A program made the position numbers and the translations under genes. Shown one piece after another: positions 41,703-51,909 of a stretch of 64,000 nucleotides of DNA. The notes below the pieces were generated by a model that saw nothing but the letters and a program-made list of their open reading frames with translations, searched no databases and was not told the DNA's origin. Numbering within the stretch: the stretch's first letter is position 1; every line of letters begins with the position of its first letter. The stretch is from Bryobacterales bacterium (GTDB lineage Bacteria > Acidobacteriota > Terriglobia > Bryobacterales > UBA6623): positions 1,984,001 to 2,048,000 of the forward strand of contig OY729428.2 of the NCBI GenBank assembly GCA_963422375.2, in the 5' to 3' direction.

Positions 41703-42884
41703 ATGACACTCCGGCAGCTGGACCAACTGGCGCTGCGCGGCAAGCGCGTGTTCGTGCGCGTGGACTTCAACGTCCCGCTCGACAAGGAGTCTGGGACGAG
41801 CATCACCAGCGACACGCGGATCCGCATGGCGCTGCCGACGATCCGAACGCTACTGGACCAAGGCTGCTCGCTGGTGCTCGCGTCACACCTCGGAAGGCCT
41901 AAGGGCCAGCCGAATGCGAGGATGCGCCTGGCCCCGGTGGCGCGCAGGCTGGCCGAGCTTCTTGGTCGACCTGTCCGCCTGGCTCCGGACTGCGTTGGGG
42001 CGGAGGCGGAGGCGATGGCCGGGCGGCTCCAGTCGGGAGAAGTCCTGCTGCTCGAGAATCTTCGCTTCCATTCCGGGGAGGAGGCCAACGATCCTGGCTT
42101 CGCTCGCGCGCTGGCCTCGCTCGCCGGTGCCTACATCAATGACGCCTTCGGCACGGCCCACCGGACGCATGCGTCGACTACAGGGGTTCCTGCGCTACTA
42201 GACCACAAGGCGGCAGGCTTGCTGATGATGCGGGAACTCGAGAACCTCTCGCATGCGATCTCCGCGCCCGCGCGGCCTTCCCTCGGCATCATCGGGGGCG
42301 CGAAGATCTCAGGCAAGATCGACGTGATCCGCAACCTCCTTAACGTGACCGAGCGGGTGCTGATAGGCGGCGCAATGAGCTACACCTTCCTGCGTGCCCA
42401 AGGCGTCAGCACGGGGTCGTCGCTGGTCGAGGCGGACCGAGTCGACATGGCTCGGGATCTCCTCGGGCTCGCGAACGGCCGGATCGTTCTGCCGGTCGAC
42501 CACGTCATCTCCCAGCGATTCCGCGCGGACGCGCCGACGCGCATCGTTCGGGGCGGAGTTCCTGACGGCTGGATGGGTCTGGACATCGGACCGAAGACGG
42601 TCGAGAACTACGTGGCCGCTATCGGCGCGGCCGAGCTAATCATCTGGAACGGCCCCATGGGGGTGTTCGAGCTGAAGCCTTTCGCTGCGGGCACGGTCGC
42701 GGTCGCTCGGGCTGTCGACGAATCGTCCAAGGCGGCATTCAGCGTTGTCGGGGGCGGGGATTCCGAGAGGGCAATCCGAGTTGCGGGCGTCGGCGACAAC
42801 ATCAGCCACATTTCGACCGGCGGGGGCGCCTCGCTGGATTTTCTGGCGGGAAAGACGCTGCCGGGCGTCGAGGCCTTGCGCTGA
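41703..42884 (+). CDS. pgk: Phosphoglycerate kinase
   Basis: RVDFNVP, SHLGRP, LENLRF, NDAFGTAHR, WNGPMGVFE and STGGGAS motifs. Confidence 0.99.
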   Translation: MTLRQLDQLALRGKRVFVRVDFNVPLDKESGTSITSDTRIRMALPTIRTLLDQGCSLVLASHLGRPKGQPNARMRLAPVARRLAELLGRPVRLAPDCVGAEAEAMAGRLQSGEVLLLENLRFHSGEEANDPGFARALASLAGAYINDAFGTAHRTHASTTGVPALLDHKAAGLLMMRELENLSHAISAPARPSLGIIGGAKISGKIDVIRNLLNVTERVLIGGAMSYTFLRAQGVSTGSSLVEADRVDMARDLLGLANGRIVLPVDHVISQRFRADAPTRIVRGGVPDGWMGLDIGPKTVENYVAAIGAAELIIWNGPMGVFELKPFAAGTVAVARAVDESSKAAFSVVGGGDSERAIRVAGVGDNISHISTGGGASLDFLAGKTLPGVEALR

Positions 42885-43189
42885 GGGGGCGGCACGTAGC
42901 ACGCAAGCGCAGCCATCGTCGGAAACCGCGCCCGTGGCAGGCGCTCTCCGCTCGTATTCTTCAAACTGTTCCGCCCAGCTGCTGGCGTCGCACCGGCAGC
43001 TCCAGCGCTGCTGCCAGAGTCGCCGGGCAGAATCGACTGGCTGGCGCGTCCACGCGATCCGTCTAGTCGCTGCGGCAGCAGGTGAGGGGCACCCAATCGG
43101 CACTTCCTCCCGGGAATCCCGGCATACGAGAGCCCGGCATCTCGGGTTGCGGGAGACACCGGCCGGCTCTGAAGAGTTGACCTAGAGGC

Positions 43190-43332
43190 GTGTCTCCGCT
43201 CGAGTTCATCGTCAAGTGGAAGGCAGCGCAGCTTACGGAACGGGCGGCGGCCCGGTCCCATTGCAATGATCTCCGCCGGATGCTCGGCGAGCCGACCCCG
43301 GCCGAGGCTGATCGGTCCGGAAGCTGGTATCG
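43190..43332 (+). pseudogene. N-terminal stub of an MmeI-like type IIG restriction-modification enzyme
   Basis: MSPLEFIVKWKAAQLTERAAARSHCNDLRRMLGEPTPAEADRSGSWY matches the recalled start of this family (FIxKW...ERSAAQxHFxDLCxLLGEPTP..ADP.G..Y), then similarity stops. Confidence 0.7.
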
Positions 43333-43654
43333 CATCGTCGACCACGCAACGCCAGCCAATCGCCTCCTTGGTGGAGCCATTCCTTTGCGGAGTCGACCAG
43401 CCAACTTTCCCGCCTCGCCAGAGAGGCCCGAGACCTCGCCCCCCGCTGGACTCGGGACCGGTCGCCTGGCGATACGTCGCCGCTGGAATCCAGGAATGCG
43501 CCAGTCGGACCCTACGGAATGCGAAGTTCGCCGGCCTAATGCATGAGGACACCCGTACCTGCACATAGTCTGGCAGGGGGCTCCCTTCACGCCCGCGCGG
43601 ACGCGGTTCAATTCTGCACTTGCAACTCACTGCTATCATGCTCAGGGCAGCATC

Positions 43655-45013
43655 ATGGCTGCTAATCCCAGACTCGCGCAGATCGCGCTGCTTGTCGCAC
43701 TGGTCGCGGCGTCCGCTGCGGCGCAAGGCGAGAGCAACTTCATCCTCATCCTGACGGACGACCATGCTTGGAGCCAGCTCTCCTTCGCGATGGACCCGGA
43801 GATCCCCGAGGCCGAGTCGTCCTATCTTTTGACGCCCAGCATGGCCCGCCTAGCTCGGCGGGGCATGCGGTTCACGAGCGGCTACGCGCCCGCTCCGCTA
43901 TGCACGCCCACCCGGCGCAGCATTTTCTGCGGCATGACGCCGGCACGGCAGCGCGGCACCGAGTTCAAGTCCGAATTCGACTGGCGGGGGCGCCTGACCC
44001 TGCCCAGCGCGCTCAAGCAGGCCCACCCGAACTACCGAACGGCTCACTTCGGCAAGTTCGGCTCCGAGATGGGAGCCAGCCCGGAAATGGTCGGATTCGA
44101 CGAGAGCGACGGCTGGACGACCAATCGGACAGGGGGGATGCCGGCGACGATGCAGGAACGAGGTCGCAGCATCGTTAGGGAAGACCCGAAGCTGGCCTTC
44201 GAGATCACGGACCGAGCGATCAACTTCATCGAACGGCAGATAGGCAGGCACCCCTTCTACGTTCAGGTGAGCCACTACGCAACCCACCTGCAGGTCCAGA
44301 CGCGCCAAGCGTCATTGGACATGTTCGCTGCCAAGGGCACCCCCGACCGCGCGGTCACGCACGCTTTCGCTGGAATGCTCTATGACTTGGATCAATCGGT
44401 CGGGCGCATTCTCGACGCCGTCGAGCGACTTGGCATCGCGGACAGCACCTATCTGATCTTCCTGGCCGACAATGGCGGCCGCGGGACGATTCCCGGCGCT
44501 CAGGAGACGCTGCCGCCACCGAACCGGCCCCTCAACGGCGCCAAGCACACCCTCTACGAAGGCGGGATCCGAGTTCCGTTCCTCGTCGCCGGTCCCGGCG
44601 TCGAGCCGAACTCCGTCTCACGGGTGCCGATCACGGGGTACGACCTGCTCCCGACACTCTACGATCTCGCCGGAGGGGAGGCACCGCTGTCAACCGAGAT
44701 CGATGGCGGCAGCTTCCGGTCGGTCCTCGAGAACATCGGTGCAGGCGAGGTCAAGCGTCCATTCGCAGGTCTCGTTTTTCACCGTCCTTTACGCAGGAGC
44801 CTACCCTCTTCCGCCATCCGCGTCGGCGACTACAAGCTGCTCCTCAAGTACGCGGGCCCAAATCGGCCTCGGAGCCGGGAGCTCTTCGACCTGGGAAGGG
44901 ACGTCGGCGAGAGACACGACTTGAGCGCGGAGATGCCTGACAAGGCCGAAGAACTGGAACAGCTGCTGGTCGGGTACCTGAAGTCGGTGAACGCTGAAGA
45001 ACCGGCGCAATAG
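43655..45013 (+). CDS. Sulfatase, Sec-type signal peptide
   Basis: NFILILTDD, CTPTR, HFGK, ADNGG and KHTLYEGGIRVP motifs. Confidence 0.93.
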   Translation: MAANPRLAQIALLVALVAASAAAQGESNFILILTDDHAWSQLSFAMDPEIPEAESSYLLTPSMARLARRGMRFTSGYAPAPLCTPTRRSIFCGMTPARQRGTEFKSEFDWRGRLTLPSALKQAHPNYRTAHFGKFGSEMGASPEMVGFDESDGWTTNRTGGMPATMQERGRSIVREDPKLAFEITDRAINFIERQIGRHPFYVQVSHYATHLQVQTRQASLDMFAAKGTPDRAVTHAFAGMLYDLDQSVGRILDAVERLGIADSTYLIFLADNGGRGTIPGAQETLPPPNRPLNGAKHTLYEGGIRVPFLVAGPGVEPNSVSRVPITGYDLLPTLYDLAGGEAPLSTEIDGGSFRSVLENIGAGEVKRPFAGLVFHRPLRRSLPSSAIRVGDYKLLLKYAGPNRPRSRELFDLGRDVGERHDLSAEMPDKAEELEQLLVGYLKSVNAEEPAQ

Positions 45014-45410
45014 GGCCCCGGCCGGCTTTCGAGTCCCGCTCATGCACGGACGGTACCGGCGATTCGACAGATCGGACGGCGGGCCGGGCGAGATCGGAGC
45101 GCCGAGTGGCGTCGCCGGACGCTCCGCTTCGCGAGTTCTCGACCACCCGCAGTAAGTAGGGGTCTAGCAGCCTTCGATCCGGTCGCAGACGCGCGCAACG
45201 CTCGTCCTAGGCGCTGTACCCGCGCCTCGAATCGAATGCATGGCGTTGCCACCGCTGCCGCGCCCAGCAGTTCCTGCACTCGAAGCCGCTCGCGCTGCAC
45301 CCCGGCTGTTGCAATCACGTTCCTTGGAGTGGGCCGGAGCTCCGCGAGAGATAGCCGATTTCGGCTGCTAGACTCGCGAGAAGCTCTACGATTCCGCTGG
45401 GCCCGCTCGC

Positions 45411-47031
45411 TTGGCAACGAAATACCGTTATTCGCTTCTCGTCCTGCCGGTCGCTGTCGCGATCATCGATCTGGGGCAGGGGAGTCCGGCCGAGCGCGAG
45501 AGCTTGGTCCCCATGGATGACGGAATCCGCTTGAACACATCGGTTTTCCACCCGCAGGAACCCGTACCGGAAGGCGGTTGGCCGGCTATCGTCTTCGTCC
45601 GCGGCCTGGGCGGCAGCAAGCAGGCCTCCGCCGCGCGACAAGCGGCGACCGGCGGCTATGTAGACTTGGCCTACACGGTTCGGGGACAGGCGCGTCGACT
45701 GGGAGGGGCGCCATCGGGAGGCGAAGGACCTGAGGTCGATGCTAGCTTGGATGCGCGAGAACCATCCAGTCGATCCGTCCAAGATAGGAATCACCGGCTC
45801 GTCACAGGGAGGCATTCACTCGTGGATGGCAGTGGCGCACGGAATGGGCGTCGCTGCGGCGGCTCGCCAAAACTTCACGGCAGACGTATCGAGGGCGATC
45901 CTGATCAACGGCGGGATCAATCGCCGAGCGATCATTTCACGCCGTTCGTCGGTCGACTATCTTCCCTCCACGATCAAGTTGCGGAGGGATGCGGTCGTGG
46001 AATACGACGCGGCGCGCATTGGCGCGCAGGCCGCCACCCGCGACCTGCGCGAACTGCTCCGTGGGGCGACCATCCCCGTTATGGTTCAATTCGCGTTCGA
46101 AGACGAATGGGGCATGGCGAACAACGTAATCGATGACTACCTAGCACTCGGCGGTCCGAAGAAGCTCTACCTCGGCACGGGAGGGCACGGATCGGCCAAC
46201 GTGCCGTCGGAACGGCGGTTCGGTCAGCACTGGATCAACCGGTGGTTCGACCGCTGGCTCAAAGACGAGCGGAACGGGATCGAGGGCGAGCATCCGGTGA
46301 CGGTCGCCATGCTGGACACTTGGCGCCACCTGAGCCTGCCCGCGTTCCCGCCACCGACCGTCAGGATGACGCAGTACAATCTCGAAGGCGACGGAAGAAC
46401 GGGCGGCGGGCTGGCACGCGAGAACGGAGCCGATCGCGGCGCACAACGGTTGCAGCCTGGCGACGCAGAGGCGGTCAGCCCTGAGCGGCCTCTGGCAAGG
46501 CAGTCTCTCGAGCATCGCAGCGGTGCGGACTTCGGATTGGCGGAGTTCTACGACGCCGGCGGGCCGCTCGGCGGGCCGCTGGGCGCGCTGGCTCGGTTCC
46601 GGCTCGATTCGTTGCGCTACTCGACACCCAAGCTCGAGCACGACCTCGTGCTGGCAGGCATTCCGAAAATCCAAATTGCCTTCCACGGGACGGCGCGAAT
46701 GCACCAAGTCGCATTGCGCCTCTGGGCGATCGACGGAAGTTCGGGCAGGCGCAGGCTTATCTCGCGAGTCTCTGCGACCTCCGACCGCGGTGACGGCGAC
46801 GGTCAGCATGTACGCATCGAAATGAGCGCCACGGCGTACCGGGTGTTGGCGGGCGGGTCCGTGGAGCTCGAAATCTCGAACCTTGATTTGGACTGGGACG
46901 CGGCGAAGCAGGACTGGCGAAGCTTGTGGGCGATCCCGGTCTTCGAGCCGGGCGAGATCGCGGTGCATTCCGGGGAGCGGCCCTTCGCATTTCTCAAATT
47001 GCCGGAATTGCGTGACCCGGACGAAGCCTAG
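45411..47031 (+). pseudogene. CocE/NonD family (S15) hydrolase, frameshifted near 45690
   Basis: MDDGIRL...YTVRGQ in one frame; REAKDLRSML...IGITGSSQGG...WFDRWLK...LAGIP in the next. Confidence 0.8.
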
Positions 47032-47389
47032 CTCACGGTCTGCCGACGCTTCGCCAAGCGAATTCTCTCGAACAGCGCCCATGCGGGCAGCCGGAGCAAC
47101 AGGCCTCACGGAGCCAGCATCCGGCGACCTCTACCCGGCATGGTCCAGCCGCCTCCGGACATTCGAAAGGAACGCCGGTACCGATCCGGGCAGTCGAGGC
47201 AAGTCCCGCCTGCACGTCGTACGCCGACGAACTCCGCAAGCTTAGACCGCTAGTCTAGGCCAATCCGCGTGCCGGCGATGGTCCGGCATGAAGTCTGCAC
47301 GAGGCGCGTAGGAATCCCACTGATGGAAATGTCTAGGCACAGGTCCAGGCCCTTCGCGGAAACCAGCCGAAAGGGCCTCGGAGCTGCCG

Positions 47390-47540
47390 CATGGCTTCGG
47401 AGTCAGTGATCAACGATCTCGAGTATCGCGGTCTGGACCGAGGAGCGGAGCGAATGATCGGGCTGGCAGTGCTGGCGGGGAACGCGCAGCGAGTGGGCCG
47501 GATTCTGTGCGACAGAGAGAGCGAGCGTCTCAATGCGAGA
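47390..47540 (+). pseudogene. Possible C-terminal remnant of an ISNCY/IS5-like transposase
   Basis: SESVINDLEYRGLDR...IGLAVLAGNAQRVGRIL resembles a recalled VESAINxLEHRGLDR...VALSVLAxNxHRIG motif. No IS ends found. Confidence 0.4.
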
Positions 47541-47597
47541 CCGTTTCTGCTGGCTGCATAGGCAGCCTGCAGCGATCTTGATTACCCAGAATTGAAA

Positions 47598-49123
47598 GGG
47601 AATTATATATCTGAGTGCCGAGGGAATCAAGTTGGCAAATTATCAAACCATAATAAGATTCCATATTTCTTCCGAATTTCCGTTGAAATTCTGTGGTGTT
47701 TCTTGGTAGAATAGTTCCAGTATGGGATACCGTAAATGAAGAAACAAGGTCCCGGGAAGTGGTTCCGTAAAGGCATCACATTGATTGAAGTGATCGCCAT
47801 GTTCCGCGATGACGAATCCGCGGAAAAGTGGTTCGCCTCCATGCGCTGGCCGGACGGTCCCGCGTGCCCCCGCTGCCGCGGCTCCAGCGTGCAGTCCGGC
47901 GCGGCCCACCCTTCGATGCCGTACCGTTGCCGCGGCTGCGGCAAGCGCTTTTCCGTGCGCACCGGCAGCGTGACGGCCGACACCGAGCTCGGCTACCGCA
48001 CCCGGGCCGTCGCCCTGTTCCTGCTGACCACCGGCATCAAGGGCGTCTCGAGCATGAAGCTGCACCGCGACCTAGGCATCAGCCGGAAGTCGGCCCGGCA
48101 CCTGGCGCACCGCATCCGCGCGTGCCGGGAGCGGGATCGGGGCCTGTTCGCCGGCCCGGCGGAGGTGGACGAGACCTACGTCGGCGGCAAGGAACGCAAC
48201 AAGCACGAGAGGAAGAAGGCCCGCGCCGGGCGCGGGCCCGTCGGCAAGACCCCGGTGGCGGGGGCGCGGGACCGCGCCACGAACGCAGTGGCCGCGCGGC
48301 CGCTGCCGGGCACCGCCAAGGGCGACCTGCAGGGCTTCGTGCGCGCCCGCGTCGCGCCGGGCGCGCAGGTCCGCTCCGACGAGGCGGCGGCCTGCGCCGG
48401 CATGGCGGAGTTCGCGCACGAAGCCGTCAGGCACTCCGGCGGCGAGTACGTGCGCGGGGCGGCGCATGCGAACGGCATCGAATCGTTCCGGTCCCTGTTC
48501 AAGCGCGGCCTGTACGGAACCTATCACCGGATGAGCGTCCGTCATCTCGGCCGCTACCTCACGGAGTTCGCGGGACGGTGCAACGACCGCGACTGCGACA
48601 CGGCGGAACGGATGCGGCGCATGGCGCGGGGCTTGGTCGGCCGGACGCTGACCTGCCGGCAGCTGACCGGCAAGGCCGCGGTCGCGGCCTGAGCGGCGCC
48701 CGCCGCGCTGAGCGCGGCAGCCCGCTGCGGGCGCGCTCTTCACGCTCGGTGCGCTGCACGCTCGGTGCGAGGGGCGCACCGGATCCGGAATGCCCCGGTG
48801 CGACCCCGGTCCGGCCCGGACCGTCCATGCAGGCCGTCGAGCGCCGGGGATCCGCTGTCTTCGGCCCTCGCAGGGCCTGCAATCGGCTTGCAAGGGGTGC
48901 CCTGCCACCGCCAACCGGGTTCCAGCGGGGCAACCGGGGCATGCGAGGCGGCCTCTCTAGTCCCTTCCTCGTCAAATCCGCTGGCAGGCTCGATTCAGAT
49001 ACGATCCCACCCCTCTGTGCCTGCCGCGGCCGCACTCGAATGACCCGAGCTCGACACCGACCTCCCTGCTCACAGCAGTTCTAGTCGGACATGGCGTTGT
49101 CGGCACTCAGATATATAATTCCC
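47598..49123 (+). mobile_element. IS1595-family element A, copy 2
   Basis: Perfect 24-bp IR gggaattatatatctgagtgccga; 8-bp target duplication aattgaaa at 47590-47597 and 49124-49131. Confidence 0.97.
47736..48692 (+). CDS. IS1595-family transposase (uninterrupted frame, many non-conservative substitutions)
   Basis: 318 aa; Zn ribbon, VDETYVGG, VRSDE, HANGIES and YLTEFAGR motifs. Confidence 0.93.
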   Translation: MKKQGPGKWFRKGITLIEVIAMFRDDESAEKWFASMRWPDGPACPRCRGSSVQSGAAHPSMPYRCRGCGKRFSVRTGSVTADTELGYRTRAVALFLLTTGIKGVSSMKLHRDLGISRKSARHLAHRIRACRERDRGLFAGPAEVDETYVGGKERNKHERKKARAGRGPVGKTPVAGARDRATNAVAARPLPGTAKGDLQGFVRARVAPGAQVRSDEAAACAGMAEFAHEAVRHSGGEYVRGAAHANGIESFRSLFKRGLYGTYHRMSVRHLGRYLTEFAGRCNDRDCDTAERMRRMARGLVGRTLTCRQLTGKAAVAA

Positions 49124-49320
49124 AATTGAAACCCTGAAGAGACAGGATTCAGCAAGAGTTAGCAACTGAAATACAACTAGATATTCCCTCACAATTAGAA
49201 TGGTATATGAGGCGATGAATTCGGATCATTCGTCGTATTAATTTCCTTCTAAGGCTATTATACGGTGACGATTTATCGGCTCGCATCTCCGAAATATCAG
49301 GATCTTGTGACAAGCGCAAT

Positions 49321-49780
49321 TTAGGCTTCCCGCCCTGCCCGGGGCGCAGCTGTGATACTTCGTCCGCACAACGGACGGCACGCCCGCGTCCCTGCTTAGG
49401 CTTCGGCGCGGACGCTTGGAAGACCGCCCTTCGCGACCGCTTCGTCGGCTGGTCACCGCATGCCCGCCAGCGCAACATGGCGCTGGTAGTCTATCGCGCC
49501 CGCTACCTGATCATGCCCTGGGCGCACGTGCCCACCTAGTCTCGCACGTGACGGTCCTCGCTGCCCGGCGCCTGCCCGCGGACTGGTTCGAGCGACACCG
49601 CCTGGCCCGGTGATAATGGAATCCCTCCGCGAGGGCGGCCGCCGCGCCGTCAACAGGATCCACATCGGCCGCACCCAGGGCCGCGGCAAGCGCGACACCC
49701 GCAAGCTACGCCCGCTCCCCGTGAAGGACATCTTCCTCAAGCCCCTCGATCCCGACTGGCGCGCGATCCTCAACCGTTAG
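49321..49780 (+). pseudogene. DUF4338 (DruA-like) protein relic
   Basis: LPGAQL*YFV, LGFGADAWKTALRDRFVGWS, RYLIMPW, RRLPADW, IGRTQGRGK.D and PVKDIFLKPL fragments with a stop and frameshifts. Confidence 0.75.
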
Positions 49781-50094
49781 CCGCGCCTCTCCTTCTCCAA
49801 CCATCCGACTAAGCGATTACCGTCGGAGTGAGTCGAATGGAGTGACCAGCCCGTTCCGTGCTGTCCACCGCATGCGGTCGCTCGCGAAGAGGCAGCCTCA
49901 CGGCAACTCCGGAAGCGCACGCTCACGACCCTTCACAACGCGCAGCCGTAGTGGCTTGTCGACAAGCAAGCGATGTCGCAATGGCCTATGGCTTGCCCGA
50001 GGACATTGCCGAAGATGACGCCGTACGCTAGCTGCTGGCGCTGGACTTCGCTGCAACGGGGTGCCGAGGCGAGCGGCACGGATCCCCGCTACGC

Positions 50095-51681
50095 TCAGCT
50101 GGGGGAGAAGAATCGCGGGTACTCGGACTCGGGGAGCCGCTCGGGCGAGAAATGCGATGTCGGCATTCGCTTTAGGTCCGGACTGATGATGGGCTTGCAG
50201 CCCAGCTGCGGCAGGATGTCTTCGTAGGGATCGATTCCGGGAGCGATCTCCTCGAGCATGATCCCTTCTGGCCGCAGGCGGAAGACCGCTGCCTCGGTGA
50301 CATAGACAACTTCCTGGCCGTTCCGGCGGGCGTAGTCGGCACTAAAGGTCACCTGCGCCACCGCATCGACGATCTTCGGCGCCCCTCGCGAGATGTACCG
50401 AAGCTGCCTGTCCTCGATAGCGGTATTGGCCCGAATCGAGAGCGTACCGCAGAAGACCACCTTGTCGGCCTTCTGCACGATGTCAATGAAGCCCCCGACC
50501 CCCACGATGTGCGACGAGAGCTTGCTCACGTTTACGTTACCCGCGCGGTCGATCTGCAGGAATCCGAGAAACGTCTGGTCGACCCCGCGGCCGTGATAGA
50601 AGTCGAACATATGACCCGTCTCGAGGATGGCGTCCGGATTGTGCACCGCCCCGAAGTCCAGGCCTCCGGCAGGCACGCCTCCAAATTGGCCGTGCTCAAT
50701 GGTCGGCGTCACCCGGCCGATAAATCCTTGCTCGCGGGCTACGGCGATCACCCCGTCGGGCATCCCGAATCCTACGTTGATAACGGCTCCGGGCTCCAGT
50801 TCCTGCGCGGCCCTGCGCGCGATCACCTTCCGCGGGCCGAACGGCATCGCGCGAAAAGCTTCCTCAGGCCTGCGGACATCGCCGCAGTATGACGGTTCAA
50901 ACACGGTCTGGTATGTCTGGCCGTGCTCCTCGTCGACCACAATGACGTCGACAAAGCAGCCCGGTACGTGGACGGATCGCGGGTCGATGGCTCCTGCGGG
51001 CAGGACCCTGCGGACGACGGCTATGGTCAGCCCGTCGGACGCCTTGGCTGCCTGCGCCAGCGCGCAGTTGTGCCAGAATCCCGCCTCTCCGCGCATGGAC
51101 AGGTTGCCTCGCGTGTCGGCCTCCCATGCGTGCAGCAGCGCGACATCGACCGGGATGGTCCTGTAGAACAGCCACGGCCTTCCGTCGAGCTCGACGTACT
51201 CGACCAGCTGCTCCTCGGCCTTGGCGTTGAGCCGCCCTCCCTCGATCCTCGGATCGACGAAGGTGTTCAGCCCGACATGCGAGTACCAGCCGGGGCTCCT
51301 CGCAGCCGCGCAGTGGAACATCTGAACCATTACGCCGGCGGGCAGGCAATATGCGGCGAACCGGTTTTCGGCCGCCAGCCGCGCCATCCGGGGCGCCATG
51401 GACCAATGGCCTCCGACCACTCGGCGGTACATTCCGGCGCATGCGGCCTGCTGGAGCCCTCTCGCCTGCTGATCGCCCACCCCGAAGGGATGCAGCAGGG
51501 TCAGGCCAGTCGGGGATCCGGTGGCCCGATGGCGGTCTCCGAGGTGCCGCAGCAAGATGTCGGGAATCGCATGGCCGGCACCGGAGCCGCCGATCGCCAC
51601 CGAAGAGTTGTCCGGGATTCTCTGAACGGCCCGACTCGCAGTCTCGACGAGGGGGGCGGCCGTAGGCTTGCGCGAGGTCAC
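50095..51681 (-). CDS. Acyl-CoA:acetate CoA-transferase (YdiF/propionate CoA-transferase family, fused alpha-beta)
   Basis: VVGGHW, VGLNTFVDPR, INVGFGMP, IEHG (catalytic Glu), GNVNVSK, GGFIDI and YVTEAAVF motifs. Confidence 0.93.
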   Translation of the reverse strand: MTSRKPTAAPLVETASRAVQRIPDNSSVAIGGSGAGHAIPDILLRHLGDRHRATGSPTGLTLLHPFGVGDQQARGLQQAACAGMYRRVVGGHWSMAPRMARLAAENRFAAYCLPAGVMVQMFHCAAARSPGWYSHVGLNTFVDPRIEGGRLNAKAEEQLVEYVELDGRPWLFYRTIPVDVALLHAWEADTRGNLSMRGEAGFWHNCALAQAAKASDGLTIAVVRRVLPAGAIDPRSVHVPGCFVDVIVVDEEHGQTYQTVFEPSYCGDVRRPEEAFRAMPFGPRKVIARRAAQELEPGAVINVGFGMPDGVIAVAREQGFIGRVTPTIEHGQFGGVPAGGLDFGAVHNPDAILETGHMFDFYHGRGVDQTFLGFLQIDRAGNVNVSKLSSHIVGVGGFIDIVQKADKVVFCGTLSIRANTAIEDRQLRYISRGAPKIVDAVAQVTFSADYARRNGQEVVYVTEAAVFRLRPEGIMLEEIAPGIDPYEDILPQLGCKPIISPDLKRMPTSHFSPERLPESEYPRFFSPS

Positions 51682-51909
51682 TTGCTCAGAGGCCCGAGAG
51701 GTCCTCTTGACGGACAGCCCCGGCAGCGCCGTCGATTGGACCCATCTCCCATCCTACTCGTGCTCCCGCCGCCGGCCGGAGGGTTCATTCCTGTCCGCCG
51801 AGCGAGCTCAGCCCGGCAGGCCCAGCCCGAGACAGGGAGCCCCGCAGACTCCAAGCAGCTGCGGCAGGGAGGTCGAAGTCCCGTCCAGGCGATCCCCGGC
51901 CGGCGTCGG

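Noticed and set aside
49321..49780. Druantia anti-phage system
   Set aside because: Only a decayed DUF4338 fragment, with no DruE helicase or other dru genes. The domain also occurs in mobile elements.
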